DNA from: Thermodesulfobacteriota bacterium
GTDB taxonomy: Bacteria > Desulfobacterota > QYQD01
Direction of reading: 5' to 3'
Assembly (NCBI GenBank): GCA_040755415.1
Contig: JBFMAZ010000098.1
Location: 2,160-66,159 of the forward strand
Length of the DNA: 64,000 bases
Of this stretch, positions 30,541 to 39,809 are shown in pieces. Each line of letters starts with the position of its first letter. Positions within the stretch are counted from its first letter, which is position 1. The notes under the pieces are model-generated. The model was not told where the DNA came from and made no database searches. It saw nothing but the letters and a program-made list of their open reading frames with translations. Position numbers and translations under genes: made by a program.

Positions 30541-31128
30541 TTATACGCCCAACTGGGGTTTATATTTCCTGTAAGTCTCCACGCCGGCCTTTACTGCATT
30601 GCTTACACCGGTCGAGGATAGCGTCGCTCCACTCAGCCCCTGAACCTCGCCGCCAAGGCTGAAATTAGCCGTCAAAGGCTTGTCCTTGAACTGGGCGCAG
30701 AAGGAAGGATCATCCGCTACTCTCGTACCCACACCCGGCGTCTCGGACTGGGAGGTAATGGCTATGCCATCCAGCTTCTCGGTCTCAGGATTAACGGCCA
30801 TCATCACGCCGATCTCGCCATGAAACCCAGTACCACTGGTCTCAAAGGCCACGTCAATGACCTTACCCGCCTTCTTGGCAAAGAAGAAGGTAGTTTTAAC
30901 ATCCTTACCCTTTTTGTCCTTACCGGTTACAATTTCCTTCCGGTCGGTGACGGGGTCATTATCATAACCGGTGAGCACCTTCTTCAAGGCAGGCTCCTTG
31001 ATGAATTTTATCTGCTGATAGACAATTTGTTCCGCTGTGGCCAGTTTGACAAGCGACAGCCCGCCTCCACAGACAGCGGCCACAAGCGTCAACACCACGA
31101 TCATCTTGATAATTTCACGAACTTGCAC
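30541..31128 (-). CDS. rnfG: Rnf complex subunit G (FMN-binding)
   Basis: N-terminal anchor, ETPGVG, LSGATLSS. Confidence 0.93.
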   Translation of the reverse strand: MQVREIIKMIVVLTLVAAVCGGGLSLVKLATAEQIVYQQIKFIKEPALKKVLTGYDNDPVTDRKEIVTGKDKKGKDVKTTFFFAKKAGKVIDVAFETSGTGFHGEIGVMMAVNPETEKLDGIAITSQSETPGVGTRVADDPSFCAQFKDKPLTANFSLGGEVQGLSGATLSSTGVSNAVKAGVETYRKYKPQLGV

Positions 31129-32083
31129 TGGCTTTTACCCTCCCGTAAACCCTTGGTTTGATATAATCTAAAAGCGGGGTTAAGGTACTGGCCATAAGGA
31201 CAGCGAAATAGGTCCCATCCTCCCACTGGGACCAGGCCCTGATGACCACCGCAAGCATCCCGCCAAGCAACCCGGACAGTACCTTACCTATTGGGGTAAC
31301 CGGCGAGGTGGTGGAATCAGTAGCCAGGAAAAAGGCCGCCAAAAGGCTACCGCCGGTCAGGAGATGAAAGAGCGGGCTGGCATATTTCTCTGGATTGGCC
31401 AGCCATAGAATCCCTGAGAGGATAGCGATACCCGCCAGGAAGCCAGCCGGGATATGCCAGGAAAAATTCCGCCTTAAAAGAAGGAATAGACCGCCTATCA
31501 GTAACGCAATCTTGCACCCTTCACCTACAGTACCGGCCACCCTGCCGATGATAAGGTCTTTTAACGTAAAGTATTCCCAGATAACCCCGACCCCTTCATC
31601 CCTTAAGACCTGGAGGGGGGGCAGTTCCGTCATTATATCCCCTGCGGGCGGCGTCCAGGCAATCATGGCCTCCGGGTAGGACAGCCTTAATGCCACGTAA
31701 GCCACCAAAACCCCGTTGAACGGGTTACAGCCCAGCCCGCCATAAATCTCTTTTCCGAGAAGGATCATAATAAAGGTGGCGATCACGATCATCCACCACG
31801 GCAGGGTGGGCGGAAGAATAGCCGCAAAAACCAGACCGCTTACTACTGCCGTCAGGTCATCAATAGTAACCTTCCGTCCCATCATCTTCTGGAGGATGGC
31901 CTGCCAGGCCACGGCTGAGATCACAGAGACAGCCACGACCTTCAAGACGCCCATACCATAAAAATATAGCCCGGCGGCTAAGGCCGGAGCCAGGGCGATA
32001 ATAATATTCAGCATCATCTTCCGGACGGAATTGCCGCTATGAATATGCGGCGTAGCGGATACAACGAGTTCTGGTGCCTTCAT
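31115..32083 (-). CDS. rnfD: Rnf complex subunit D, atypical (no GAT/SAT FMN site)
   Basis: PHIH, GKEIYGGLGCNPFN, ATDSTTSP; DIMTELPPL in place of D..(S/T)xATPL. Confidence 0.88.
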   Translation of the reverse strand: MKAPELVVSATPHIHSGNSVRKMMLNIIIALAPALAAGLYFYGMGVLKVVAVSVISAVAWQAILQKMMGRKVTIDDLTAVVSGLVFAAILPPTLPWWMIVIATFIMILLGKEIYGGLGCNPFNGVLVAYVALRLSYPEAMIAWTPPAGDIMTELPPLQVLRDEGVGVIWEYFTLKDLIIGRVAGTVGEGCKIALLIGGLFLLLRRNFSWHIPAGFLAGIAILSGILWLANPEKYASPLFHLLTGGSLLAAFFLATDSTTSPVTPIGKVLSGLLGGMLAVVIRAWSQWEDGTYFAVLMASTLTPLLDYIKPRVYGRVKASASS

Positions 32084-33375
32084 TCGCTACTCCTTTGCGC
32101 CATAATTTGTGCCTTGCCGTATTTTATCCAGTGCACCATAGGTATCCTCACCGGGCATACATAGGCACAGCATCCACATTCAAAGCATGTGAATATATCG
32201 TTGGCCGCAGCTTTAGCATATACCCCCTTTTCCGAAAAGCCGGAAATAAGAAACGGCATTAGCCCTACCGGACACACCTCGACACATAACCCGCACTTGA
32301 TGCAGACCGCCGAATCATATTTGGCGACCTCTTTCTCCTGCTGCACGAAAATACCCAGCATCTCTTTGGTCACCGGCGTCTCGGTATTGCCAATGGCCGT
32401 GCCCATCATGGGGCCGCCTGCTATAACCTTGCCCATCCCTTCCACAGAAATTCCACAATGCCCTAGAACTTCCTTAACCGGCGTGCCGATCCTTACCTGG
32501 ACGTTTTTGGCACCGGTTCCATTAGTACCGGTAACCGTTATGAACCTGTCCACCACCGGCTTTTTCTCCGCCATGGCCCGGCCCACCGCCGCTACCGTCT
32601 CTACACTCAGGACCAGGGCGCCTATATCGGCCATACAATAAACCTCAGTACAGGGTACCTCCTTACCCAGTATCGACTTCACCAGCAAGAGATCCATAGC
32701 CTGGGGATACTTGGGCTTCAATCCCACTATGTTAGCCGCACCACCACAGGCCGAACTGATAGCCGATATGGCCTGTGCGGCATTTTCATCGACAGCTACA
32801 TATACAGAAGTAGCCCCGATAATACCCTTTATAGTATCTATCCCGCGCGCGACTTCCTGAACCCTTTCGGACAACAGACGCGACCGGCCCGAGAGTACCG
32901 GCTCTATGTCCATGGCATTTACAATAAGGGCATTAGCCCGGCGAGACTTTGCCTCATTAAGCTTAGCCACAAGCGGGACCGGCTTTATATCAAAATCAAC
33001 GATTCCCGCCTGTTGTATGGTGGCCAGGGGACCTGCGCTGCCCTCCAGTCCCACCCACTCATCCTTGCCGTCAGATTCTATGAGCACAGCCGGGACGAAT
33101 CCCCCTAAATAATGGGGATAGGTCTTTGTTACGTCGGCTACCTTACCGGAAACCGTGGCATGGATGTGGGCGCCTTCCGGACCGGCGCTTTCACCGATTA
33201 CCTGTCCGACCTTGACCTCATCACCCTTTTTGACCTTGGCATTACAAACTCCGCCGAGGTCTTGTTTGAGCGGGATGGCTATAACACCAGAGGGGATGAT
33301 ACGTTCGAAGGGTTTGTTTACGCTTGCTTCTGAAATAGGCAAGCAAATACCGCCAGAAAAGCTACCTGCACTCAT
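32080..33375 (-). CDS. rnfC: Rnf complex subunit C, atypical (degenerate flavin/NAD site)
   Basis: IHATVSGKV, YPQA, GGPMMG, CIKCGLCVEVCP, CFECGCCAYVCP. Confidence 0.88.
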   Translation of the reverse strand: MSAGSFSGGICLPISEASVNKPFERIIPSGVIAIPLKQDLGGVCNAKVKKGDEVKVGQVIGESAGPEGAHIHATVSGKVADVTKTYPHYLGGFVPAVLIESDGKDEWVGLEGSAGPLATIQQAGIVDFDIKPVPLVAKLNEAKSRRANALIVNAMDIEPVLSGRSRLLSERVQEVARGIDTIKGIIGATSVYVAVDENAAQAISAISSACGGAANIVGLKPKYPQAMDLLLVKSILGKEVPCTEVYCMADIGALVLSVETVAAVGRAMAEKKPVVDRFITVTGTNGTGAKNVQVRIGTPVKEVLGHCGISVEGMGKVIAGGPMMGTAIGNTETPVTKEMLGIFVQQEKEVAKYDSAVCIKCGLCVEVCPVGLMPFLISGFSEKGVYAKAAANDIFTCFECGCCAYVCPVRIPMVHWIKYGKAQIMAQRSSE

Positions 33376-33457
33376 ATTCGTTCACTCTCTCCTTCCAGCG
33401 AATTACGGGACTGGATATACCTAAACACACTCTTTGTCAAGATAAAAAAAAGGCCAC

Positions 33458-33490
33458 AAAAAAGCGGGAAGCTTATAAGCTTCCCGCTTT
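33458..33490 (-). terminator. Intrinsic terminator downstream of the cytochrome c3 gene
   Basis: AAAGCGGGAAGCTTATAAGCTTCCCGCTTTTTT on the minus strand. Confidence 0.75.
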
Positions 33491-33509
33491 AAAAATCACA
33501 TCCGCCTAC

Positions 33510-33887
33510 TTATTTTTTGTGACATTCGCCGCACATCACCGGGAGTGACTTGCCTGCTGCCGGTTTGGTCTCGCGGTGACAACCCACGCAGTTCTCGTGA
33601 AACGCCTTCATAAGCCCCATCTTCTTGCCCTCCGCCTTAAGCCCGTGGCAGGCCGCGCAATTCGTCTCCCGCGACTCATCCCACACGTTCTGTCCGTCTA
33701 CATAAAAATGATGGCACGCCGTACACTCAATGGTGGCAAAGTGTTGGGCATGCGGGAACGTCACGCCCGGCCTCTGTCGTTTTTCAAATGCCTTATGCTC
33801 CAGTTTCAGCACTTCTTCCTGGGCGTAAGCACAGGTAGCTATAAAAATAGCCAAAACTATCGTTAGCAGAATGCCATTATTTTTCAT
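33510..33887 (-). CDS. Class III tetraheme cytochrome c (c3 family)
   Basis: SD aggagg, signal peptide, FPHAQH, CTACHH, CAACH, CVGCH, CGECH. Confidence 0.92.
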   Translation of the reverse strand: MKNNGILLTIVLAIFIATCAYAQEEVLKLEHKAFEKRQRPGVTFPHAQHFATIECTACHHFYVDGQNVWDESRETNCAACHGLKAEGKKMGLMKAFHENCVGCHRETKPAAGKSLPVMCGECHKK

Positions 33888-34039
33888 CTCTATCCTCCTG
33901 ACCGGCAATAACCCACTGAATCACAGTTCAGCTTGTGTGTAACAAAATAGAGATTATATGTCAAGGAAAATGTCTATCCCCAAAACAGACGTCGCCTTAC
34001 CAACTTTTTGTCGAGCATCTTTAGTGAATTAGACCAAGC

Positions 34040-34216
34040 TTGTGCTCATCCGAAACCGTCCCTTGGTAGGATAGGCGTCCCGCCTGTTGACAGTCCCGCA
34101 CGGTGGGTTTTACCCGCCATCATTCTCTTGGTGGGTAAAGCCCACCCTACGGGACGCACCCAGCCCTCTCCCGTCGAGGGAGAGGGAATTTTAGGGACTT
34201 TTTACGAGACTATCAA
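34040..34216. repeat. Composite of REP-like (GTAG/CTAC) and MITE fragments
   Basis: gtgctcatccgaaa end, ggtgggtaaagcccaccctac, ccctctccc..gggagaggg, gactttttacgagactatc. Confidence 0.65.
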
Positions 34217-34224
34217 ACTCGTTT

Positions 34225-35469
34225 TCATAAGAATATATCGAATAACTCCACCAGATGCACAGCCTGGGCATTAAGCCCATGTCTAAACAAGCCCTCCTTC
34301 CACTGTAGCAGGCAGCCCATACAACTGGTGACTAACATGTCCGCATCCATGTCTTTTAGGGCCATAATTCGCCTGGCGAGGATTTTACACGATAAATCGT
34401 AATGGGTAAGGTTGAATAGTCCACCGTGTCCACAGCATGTGGGGCCATCCTCGAATTCACAAAAATCAACTCCGGGTAAGGACTTGATGAGCAGACGCGG
34501 CTCCTCGAGGATTTTTTCTCTAAACCGAAAATGGCAGGGGTCATGATACGTCACCTTCAGGCGCCCGGTTTTCGGCGCAAGGGCCGATAACTGTCGGGAA
34601 AAATTTCTCTTATGAGACAAAAAGACCGATATATCCATAACTTTTGCTGAAAATTCCGCTGCTTTTTCTGCAAAAACCGGGTCACCGGCAAGAAGTTTGG
34701 GATAATTGAATCTTAGATGTGAGCTGCAAGAGGCGCAGTTCGTAATGATGTAGTCGCATCGGCTGTCAATAAATGCGGATATATTGGCCCTAGCCAAGGA
34801 TTGTGCCGTCTCTTCGTCCCCCGCGGCAAAGGCCGGAAACCCGCAGCATTTCTGTTTCTTGGGTGTCCATACAGGCTCGCCAAGGAAGTCAAAAATATTC
34901 AGGACAGCCTTCCCCACGTTAGGAAAGAGATAATTTGTGATACACCCTGTAAAGTAAGCCACCTTAGCTGAGGTGTTTATTTCCTGAGGCAGGTCATTCT
35001 TCAGAAAAAAGGTCGCCGCCAATGACGGCAGCCATGACCTCCCGGCCAGCAGTGGAATCGGGAACCGGCAATGGAGGCCGCTATCTTCCGGGACTCTTTT
35101 GCAGAGGAGTCCCTGGATCAGGGAACCGCCTTTTAGTATAAAGGGCAAAAGGCGTTCAGAATCCAGAAGGTAATGAAAAAAGTATCGCTTCCCCGCGGGA
35201 AGTCCTTTTTCTTTGACCAAACTTGCCCGCGCCTCCTGTACGGAGGCATCCGCATTGACCCCGGCAGGACAGGCATTCGTGCAAGCCCCGCAAAGGAGAC
35301 AGTAAGAGAGCAATTCTTCAAAGCGGTCGGAAAACGGTAACCTGCCTTCCCGATTCGCCTCAATAAGGCTTAATTTACCCCGTGGGGAATAGGCCTCCAG
35401 CCGCGTCACCTGGTAAACTGGGCAGACACTCATACACGTCCCGCATTTATTGCATGAAGGTGTGCTAAT
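34225..35469 (-). CDS. GlcF/HdrD-like Fe-S oxidoreductase with two CCG domains
   Basis: CNKCGTCMSVCP (begins upstream of the tracked ATG), CLLCGACTNACP, CCGFP, YHDPCH, CCGHGG; ATT start is inferred. Confidence 0.85.
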   Translation of the reverse strand: MSTPSCNKCGTCMSVCPVYQVTRLEAYSPRGKLSLIEANREGRLPFSDRFEELLSYCLLCGACTNACPAGVNADASVQEARASLVKEKGLPAGKRYFFHYLLDSERLLPFILKGGSLIQGLLCKRVPEDSGLHCRFPIPLLAGRSWLPSLAATFFLKNDLPQEINTSAKVAYFTGCITNYLFPNVGKAVLNIFDFLGEPVWTPKKQKCCGFPAFAAGDEETAQSLARANISAFIDSRCDYIITNCASCSSHLRFNYPKLLAGDPVFAEKAAEFSAKVMDISVFLSHKRNFSRQLSALAPKTGRLKVTYHDPCHFRFREKILEEPRLLIKSLPGVDFCEFEDGPTCCGHGGLFNLTHYDLSCKILARRIMALKDMDADMLVTSCMGCLLQWKEGLFRHGLNAQAVHLVELFDIFL

Positions 35470-35529
35470 GATGCCTACCCCCTGATCTCATCTGCTATAA
35501 CTCGATAACCAAGAAGACATTACAGAATC

Positions 35530-35652
35530 TCAAATGACAAAATCCAAAGTTCAAATCAATGCCAAACGCCAAAGCCCAAATAAAGTCCTCCGGAGGCGGA
35601 TGATATTTGTCATTTGAACTTTATTTGAACTTTGGATTTTGAACTTTGAACT
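35530..35652. repeat. Inverted heptamer arrays (CAAA../TTTGAAC)
   Basis: caaatgacaaaatccaaagttcaaa ... tttgtcatttgaactttatttgaactttgg. Confidence 0.75.
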
Positions 35653-35656
35653 TTCT

Positions 35657-36211
35657 TTACCTCTCCCTGTACTTATCAAACCACCAGGAGCAGAAATCTG
35701 TTTCTAATATCTCCGCGGCAAGCTCCTGGCCGGCGGGAGTACTGAGCCGTTTCACCGCGTGTTCAAGCCATTCCCGGGCGAACCTGTTCCCGAGATCAAG
35801 CTGTTCCTTGAGTTCAAGAATTAGATCCAGTTGATCTGCATCCCGGGCTAATTTAGATTCTTCCGTCTGCCCGGATTTAAACTCTGTTATTAATCCAGCG
35901 ATGTCCCCCCCAAAATCAAGGTCCTTGGTCAGGGCAGCGACCGCCTTGGTTGAGTCCACTGTAGCATAGTCTTTGTAAACATAATTCAGATCGCCGGTGC
36001 GGGCCTCAACCAGGTCGTGGAAGAGGCATAACTCCATCACCTTAGTTCGATCAACACCCGGTGTCAGTCTTGCCAACACATATCCGATAAGAATGACCCG
36101 GTAGGAATGATCTGCTACCGATTCCTGTCCGGTACCTAAAAAACGAAAGCCGGTGCGCGGCGTCTTTTTCAACATCCCGGCTTCAAAGAGCAACTTGGCG
36201 ATCCTTTTCAT
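35657..36211 (-). CDS. HD-domain hydrolase (YfbR-like)
   Basis: RTG, ESVADHS, LFHDLVEARTGD, DADQLD. Confidence 0.88.
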   Translation of the reverse strand: MKRIAKLLFEAGMLKKTPRTGFRFLGTGQESVADHSYRVILIGYVLARLTPGVDRTKVMELCLFHDLVEARTGDLNYVYKDYATVDSTKAVAALTKDLDFGGDIAGLITEFKSGQTEESKLARDADQLDLILELKEQLDLGNRFAREWLEHAVKRLSTPAGQELAAEILETDFCSWWFDKYRER

Positions 36212-36275
36212 AACATCTCCTCTCCTTAACTCATCACTGTATCCACACACACTTCAACCAAATCACTTTCTATAA

Positions 36276-36438
36276 TTAATTTTCATCCGGAAGCCCCTAT
36301 ATTCCCTCCCCCTTTGACGGGGGAGGGTCAGGGTGGGGGGTGAAAAGATTGTGTAATTTCAGGTTGTTCACCCGCCCCCTTGCCTCCTCCCGTCGAGGGA
36401 GGGGGGAAGTTTTGGGGGACTTTTCGGATGAATACTAA
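36276..36438. mobile_element. MITE-like element, second copy of 11183-11346
   Basis: Shared termini and hairpin cargo. Confidence 0.75.
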
Positions 36439-36537
36439 TCAGGAGTTAAAGAAGCTTATTTTCGGAACGATAGACACCTATATGGACACCGTAAAAAAAG
36501 GACTCAACCGATGGCGGCTAAGTCCTTTATCTATCGA

Positions 36538-36615
36538 TGGTGGGCGATGCGGGACTCGAACCCACGACCTTTGGTTCCGGAGACCAACGCTCTATCCAGA
36601 CTGAGCTAATCGCCC
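36538..36615 (-). tRNA. tRNA-Arg(CCG)
   Basis: GGGCGATTAGCTCAG..TTGGT-CTCCGGA-ACCAA..GGTTCGAGTCC..ATCGCCCACCA; encoded CCA. Confidence 0.97.
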
Positions 36616-36622
36616 ATAAGGT

Positions 36623-36653
36623 TTATATAACCCCTTGTCCGGCCTGCTGTCAA
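36623..36653 (-). promoter_or_regulatory. Sigma70-like promoter of tRNA-Arg
   Basis: TTGACA-17 nt-TTATAT(AA) just upstream of the tRNA. Confidence 0.5.
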
Positions 36654-36676
36654 TTGCAATTCTCTGCTGATCTACA

Positions 36677-37324
36677 TCAGGGGTTGCACTTCTTACAGGG
36701 GCTTAATCCATCGTAAAAGGCCTCCAGGCGGTTCCGGTAGATGACCTTATTACGCCGCCCTGTCTTTCGGCCAAGATGGCAGGACGGGCTATGGAAGCGA
36801 CGTGATCGTGTATTGCCGATGTAAAAGGGTTCCTTGCCAGGGCCGGCCGAGGCCCAAAGCCCCACTCTCTCGCGCATGGCCCGGCGCTGCAGGGTTAACA
36901 GCTCCTGGTCATATCTCACATTGGGCGGGGTCGTATATACGATGGCCAGCCCCTTCTCCACCAAAACGCCATTAACAAAGGTCCCGTCCGGCAAAAAGAC
37001 ATAGGCCAGCAGTCGCCCATACTGGTCATACTTCTCCTTGTCAACCTGGATCCGTACCCGCCTGTCCCGGGTCAGACGCCTGTTCAAAAGATAGGCCTCA
37101 TCGGCTAATGACTCGGCCGGCCGCCCTTCATGTGCTATTTCCGGGCTATTTATGCCTGCGTAGCGCACCTTGGTGCCGCTTGCAAGCTTTATAGTATCTC
37201 CATCGAAAACCCAGGCTACAGAGGCCACCACATCGGCCAGGACAGGAGTGATGAAAAGATGAATCCAGAGGACAAAAAGACAGACAACGAGACAGACTTT
37301 TTTGCGTTTAACACCAAGTTGCAT
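36677..37324 (-). CDS. Thermonuclease (SNase) family protein with C-terminal Ada-like Zn motif
   Basis: DGDTI, VRYAGINSPE, DQYGRLLAYV; FHSPSC..PCKKCNP. Confidence 0.9.
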   Translation of the reverse strand: MQLGVKRKKVCLVVCLFVLWIHLFITPVLADVVASVAWVFDGDTIKLASGTKVRYAGINSPEIAHEGRPAESLADEAYLLNRRLTRDRRVRIQVDKEKYDQYGRLLAYVFLPDGTFVNGVLVEKGLAIVYTTPPNVRYDQELLTLQRRAMRERVGLWASAGPGKEPFYIGNTRSRRFHSPSCHLGRKTGRRNKVIYRNRLEAFYDGLSPCKKCNP

Positions 37325-37470
37325 TTAAATCCCCCTTAATCCCCCTTTTTCAAAGGGGGAATTTATATCCACCCTCTTTATAGAGAAAGGCTTAGGGAAC
37401 ATTTTACGCGTATATTTTTGATTGCAACTTAGTTTAAACTGCTTAGCTTGTCTCATCGGGGGCAATCATC

Positions 37471-38367
37471 TCAAATAAATTTTTTTCCGGTAAGGCGCTC
37501 GAAGGCCTCAATATACTTGGCCCTGGTCTTTTCTATTATTTCCAGAGGCAGCTCAGGGGCTGGTGGTTTCTGGTCCCAACGAAGAGACAACAGATAATCA
37601 CGGACAAATTGTTTGTCAAAACTGGGCTGACTCTGGCCGGGTTGATATTGATCCTTCGGCCAGAAACGTGAGGAATCGGGGGTCAGGACCTCGTCAATCA
37701 GCATCAGATTTCCACCTGCCAGCCCAAATTCAAATTTGGTATCAGCTATGATGATCCCCTTCTTCTCGGCCAGAGAAGACGCCTCTTTATATAGCCGCAG
37801 GCTCAGTTGTACAATTTGGGCGGCCATTTCTTTACCGATCAGGTTCTCCGCCTCGGATAAGGAGATATTCTGGTCGTGCATCCCGGCCTCGGCCTTAGTC
37901 GAAGGGGTAAAAATCGGCTCCGGCAGTTTAGCCGATTCCGTAAGCCCTTTGGGCAGCGTTATGCCGCATACCGATCCTGTCTCCCGGTACTCTTTCCACC
38001 CCGAGCCTGACAGGTAACCACGTACGATACACTCTACGGGCAGGGGTTTGGCCTTTTTGACCAGCATAGTCCGGCCGGCAAGGATTTCTGCATATTTATG
38101 ACAAACGGTGGGAAAATCCTTTACCTCGCTAGCGATCAGGTGATTAGGCACTATGTCGGCGAGTTCCTGGAACCAATAGAGCGATATCTGAGTTAAAATA
38201 CGGCCCTTGTCCGGTATGGGGTTGGGCATCACCACATCAAAGGCCGAAAGCCGGTCTGTAGCCACGATGAGCAGATGCTCGCCGGCATCATAGACATCGC
38301 GGACCTTGCCCCGGTTGAAAAGGGGCAGCCCTTCAATATGTGTCTCGAAAACAGCGCTGGCAGCCAT
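37471..38367 (-). CDS. purC: SAICAR synthetase
   Basis: [31 protein letters not shown]. Confidence 0.97.
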   Translation of the reverse strand: MAASAVFETHIEGLPLFNRGKVRDVYDAGEHLLIVATDRLSAFDVVMPNPIPDKGRILTQISLYWFQELADIVPNHLIASEVKDFPTVCHKYAEILAGRTMLVKKAKPLPVECIVRGYLSGSGWKEYRETGSVCGITLPKGLTESAKLPEPIFTPSTKAEAGMHDQNISLSEAENLIGKEMAAQIVQLSLRLYKEASSLAEKKGIIIADTKFEFGLAGGNLMLIDEVLTPDSSRFWPKDQYQPGQSQPSFDKQFVRDYLLSLRWDQKPPAPELPLEIIEKTRAKYIEAFERLTGKKFI

Positions 38368-38379
38368 CTTACCTCACTA

Positions 38380-38706
38380 TCAGCCCGCGCGGCGGGTCTT
38401 TTTCTTGAGACGGCTTATACGGCGGCGATGGATACAGGCCATTTTCTTATCTCCGCTTTCATGGGCGGCTACAAGCCTGGTCCGCAACTCCTTCGCCTTG
38501 GCCTTTATCTCGCGCATGGTGGCGGTAGCCTTTTTCTTAGGCTCATCTGTAATGCCGCGCGCCTTTTTGATGGCCGCAATAACCTCGTCCTTATTCATTC
38601 CATGAACGCCGACAATATCAGGGATCTGCAAGGCGATCTCCCGAAGTTCCTTAACGGTCATAGACTCAAACGGTTTTTCCTTCGTTTCTTTTTCTTTCTT
38701 TCCCAT
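38380..38706 (-). CDS. Rho N-terminal-domain-containing small basic protein
   Basis: MTVKELREIA..GVHGMNKDEVI. Confidence 0.75.
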   Translation of the reverse strand: MGKKEKETKEKPFESMTVKELREIALQIPDIVGVHGMNKDEVIAAIKKARGITDEPKKKATATMREIKAKAKELRTRLVAAHESGDKKMACIHRRRISRLKKKTRRAG

Positions 38707-38915
38707 AAGCTCTCCTTTTTATTCATTTCGTATCGTCAAAAATTAACCACAAAGAACCCAGCGCGGCAAAGCCGCAACCAAAGAAGTTCACGGTTCCGAG
38801 TTCCACGTTCACGGTTTTTTAACCCTGAACTTTAAACTTTGAACTTTGATCTTTGAACTTTCCAATAGAGAAACCATACTCTTTACGAGACCATCGTCCT
38901 TAGGTTTAAAAATTT

Positions 38916-39077
38916 GTATCAGTTTAGCTGTTTGAAAAAGTATTCTTAAATCCCTCCCAACCTCCCTTTTCCAAAGGGAGGAGAAACACTTCCCCCTTTG
39001 GAAAAGGGGGATTGAGGGGGATTTTGGCCCTTATAGCGCCTTGCTTAGGTATATTTTTCAAAAACCTAAAATGTTAC
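38916..39077. mobile_element. IS66-like MITE copy 3
   Basis: GTATCAG..ATGTTAC; TSD AAAAATTT. Confidence 0.92.
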
Positions 39078-39083
39078 AAAAAT

Positions 39084-39656
39084 TTACATTGTCCTGGGGC
39101 TTATTAACGTGCTTTTCTCCTGGAAGGGACGTAAAAAAACAGGTATAAACCCCAACGGGTCGTTGCATTCTTTTTCCCAGCCGGGCGGACAGTCCGGGGG
39201 AGATTCGTTCCCAAAATATATATCCTGTGATACGGCACTGCTACGGTGGCCGGCCCGATCTATGACGGCCACGGCAATATTTATAGTCTCTCCAAAAAGG
39301 ACAGCCGGCGGCGTAAACATATAAAGATACCCAGTCACTTGCGCCACGCTATCCTTGTGCACCTTCATGTAGGGTACCGACTCTTCACCCGCGCCCCTCT
39401 GACGTACATTGACATGGATGTAAGCCAGATCTCCGTCCTCATCTTTGGCTGAGATATAGAACTTCAGCGTGTCACCGCTTCTTATGGTGGCTGGGCAATA
39501 AAAGCGTTCTACTACCGGCGGATGCGGGCCATACTTCAGTTCAGCCTCGGCCAGGGTTAACCGCGGACTGCAAGACAAAGAAGATAAAATACAGAATAAG
39601 AGGCAGACAGCTCCAAAATATAAATATTTTTTCTGCGGCACCATTACTCTCACCAT
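39084..39656 (-). CDS. Hypothetical exported protein or lipoprotein
   Basis: Hydrophobic N-terminus with LSC; Ig-like DEDGDL..DRAGHRS pattern. Confidence 0.6.
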   Translation of the reverse strand: MVRVMVPQKKYLYFGAVCLLFCILSSLSCSPRLTLAEAELKYGPHPPVVERFYCPATIRSGDTLKFYISAKDEDGDLAYIHVNVRQRGAGEESVPYMKVHKDSVAQVTGYLYMFTPPAVLFGETINIAVAVIDRAGHRSSAVSQDIYFGNESPPDCPPGWEKECNDPLGFIPVFLRPFQEKSTLISPRTM

Positions 39657-39697
39657 CCTTAACGAATAACTATAGACAACGTCATCGGTCATTGGAT

Positions 39698-39805
39698 AGT
39701 TGCAAGTTACAGGTTACAGAAGTTGCAAACTTGTAACTTGTAACTATTGCAACTTGCAACTTCTTTAAGTAGTGACAAATGACTATTGACCAATGACTAA
39801 TGACT
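39698..39805. repeat. Heptamer arrays (TTGCAAC/TTGTAAC and AATGACT)
   Basis: Short inverted tandem 7-mers. Confidence 0.65.
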
Positions 39806-39809
39806 TTCT

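Noticed and set aside
26177-33424. Numerous antisense and alternate-frame ORFs overlapping the rnf and antiporter genes (likewise over alaS and recN)
   Set aside because: Shadow ORFs of well-supported genes with no recognisable motifs
35488-35490. Third Sec codon upstream of the GlcF-like gene
   Set aside because: Not in a Cys motif, the upstream peptide looks non-conserved, and there is no convincing hairpin
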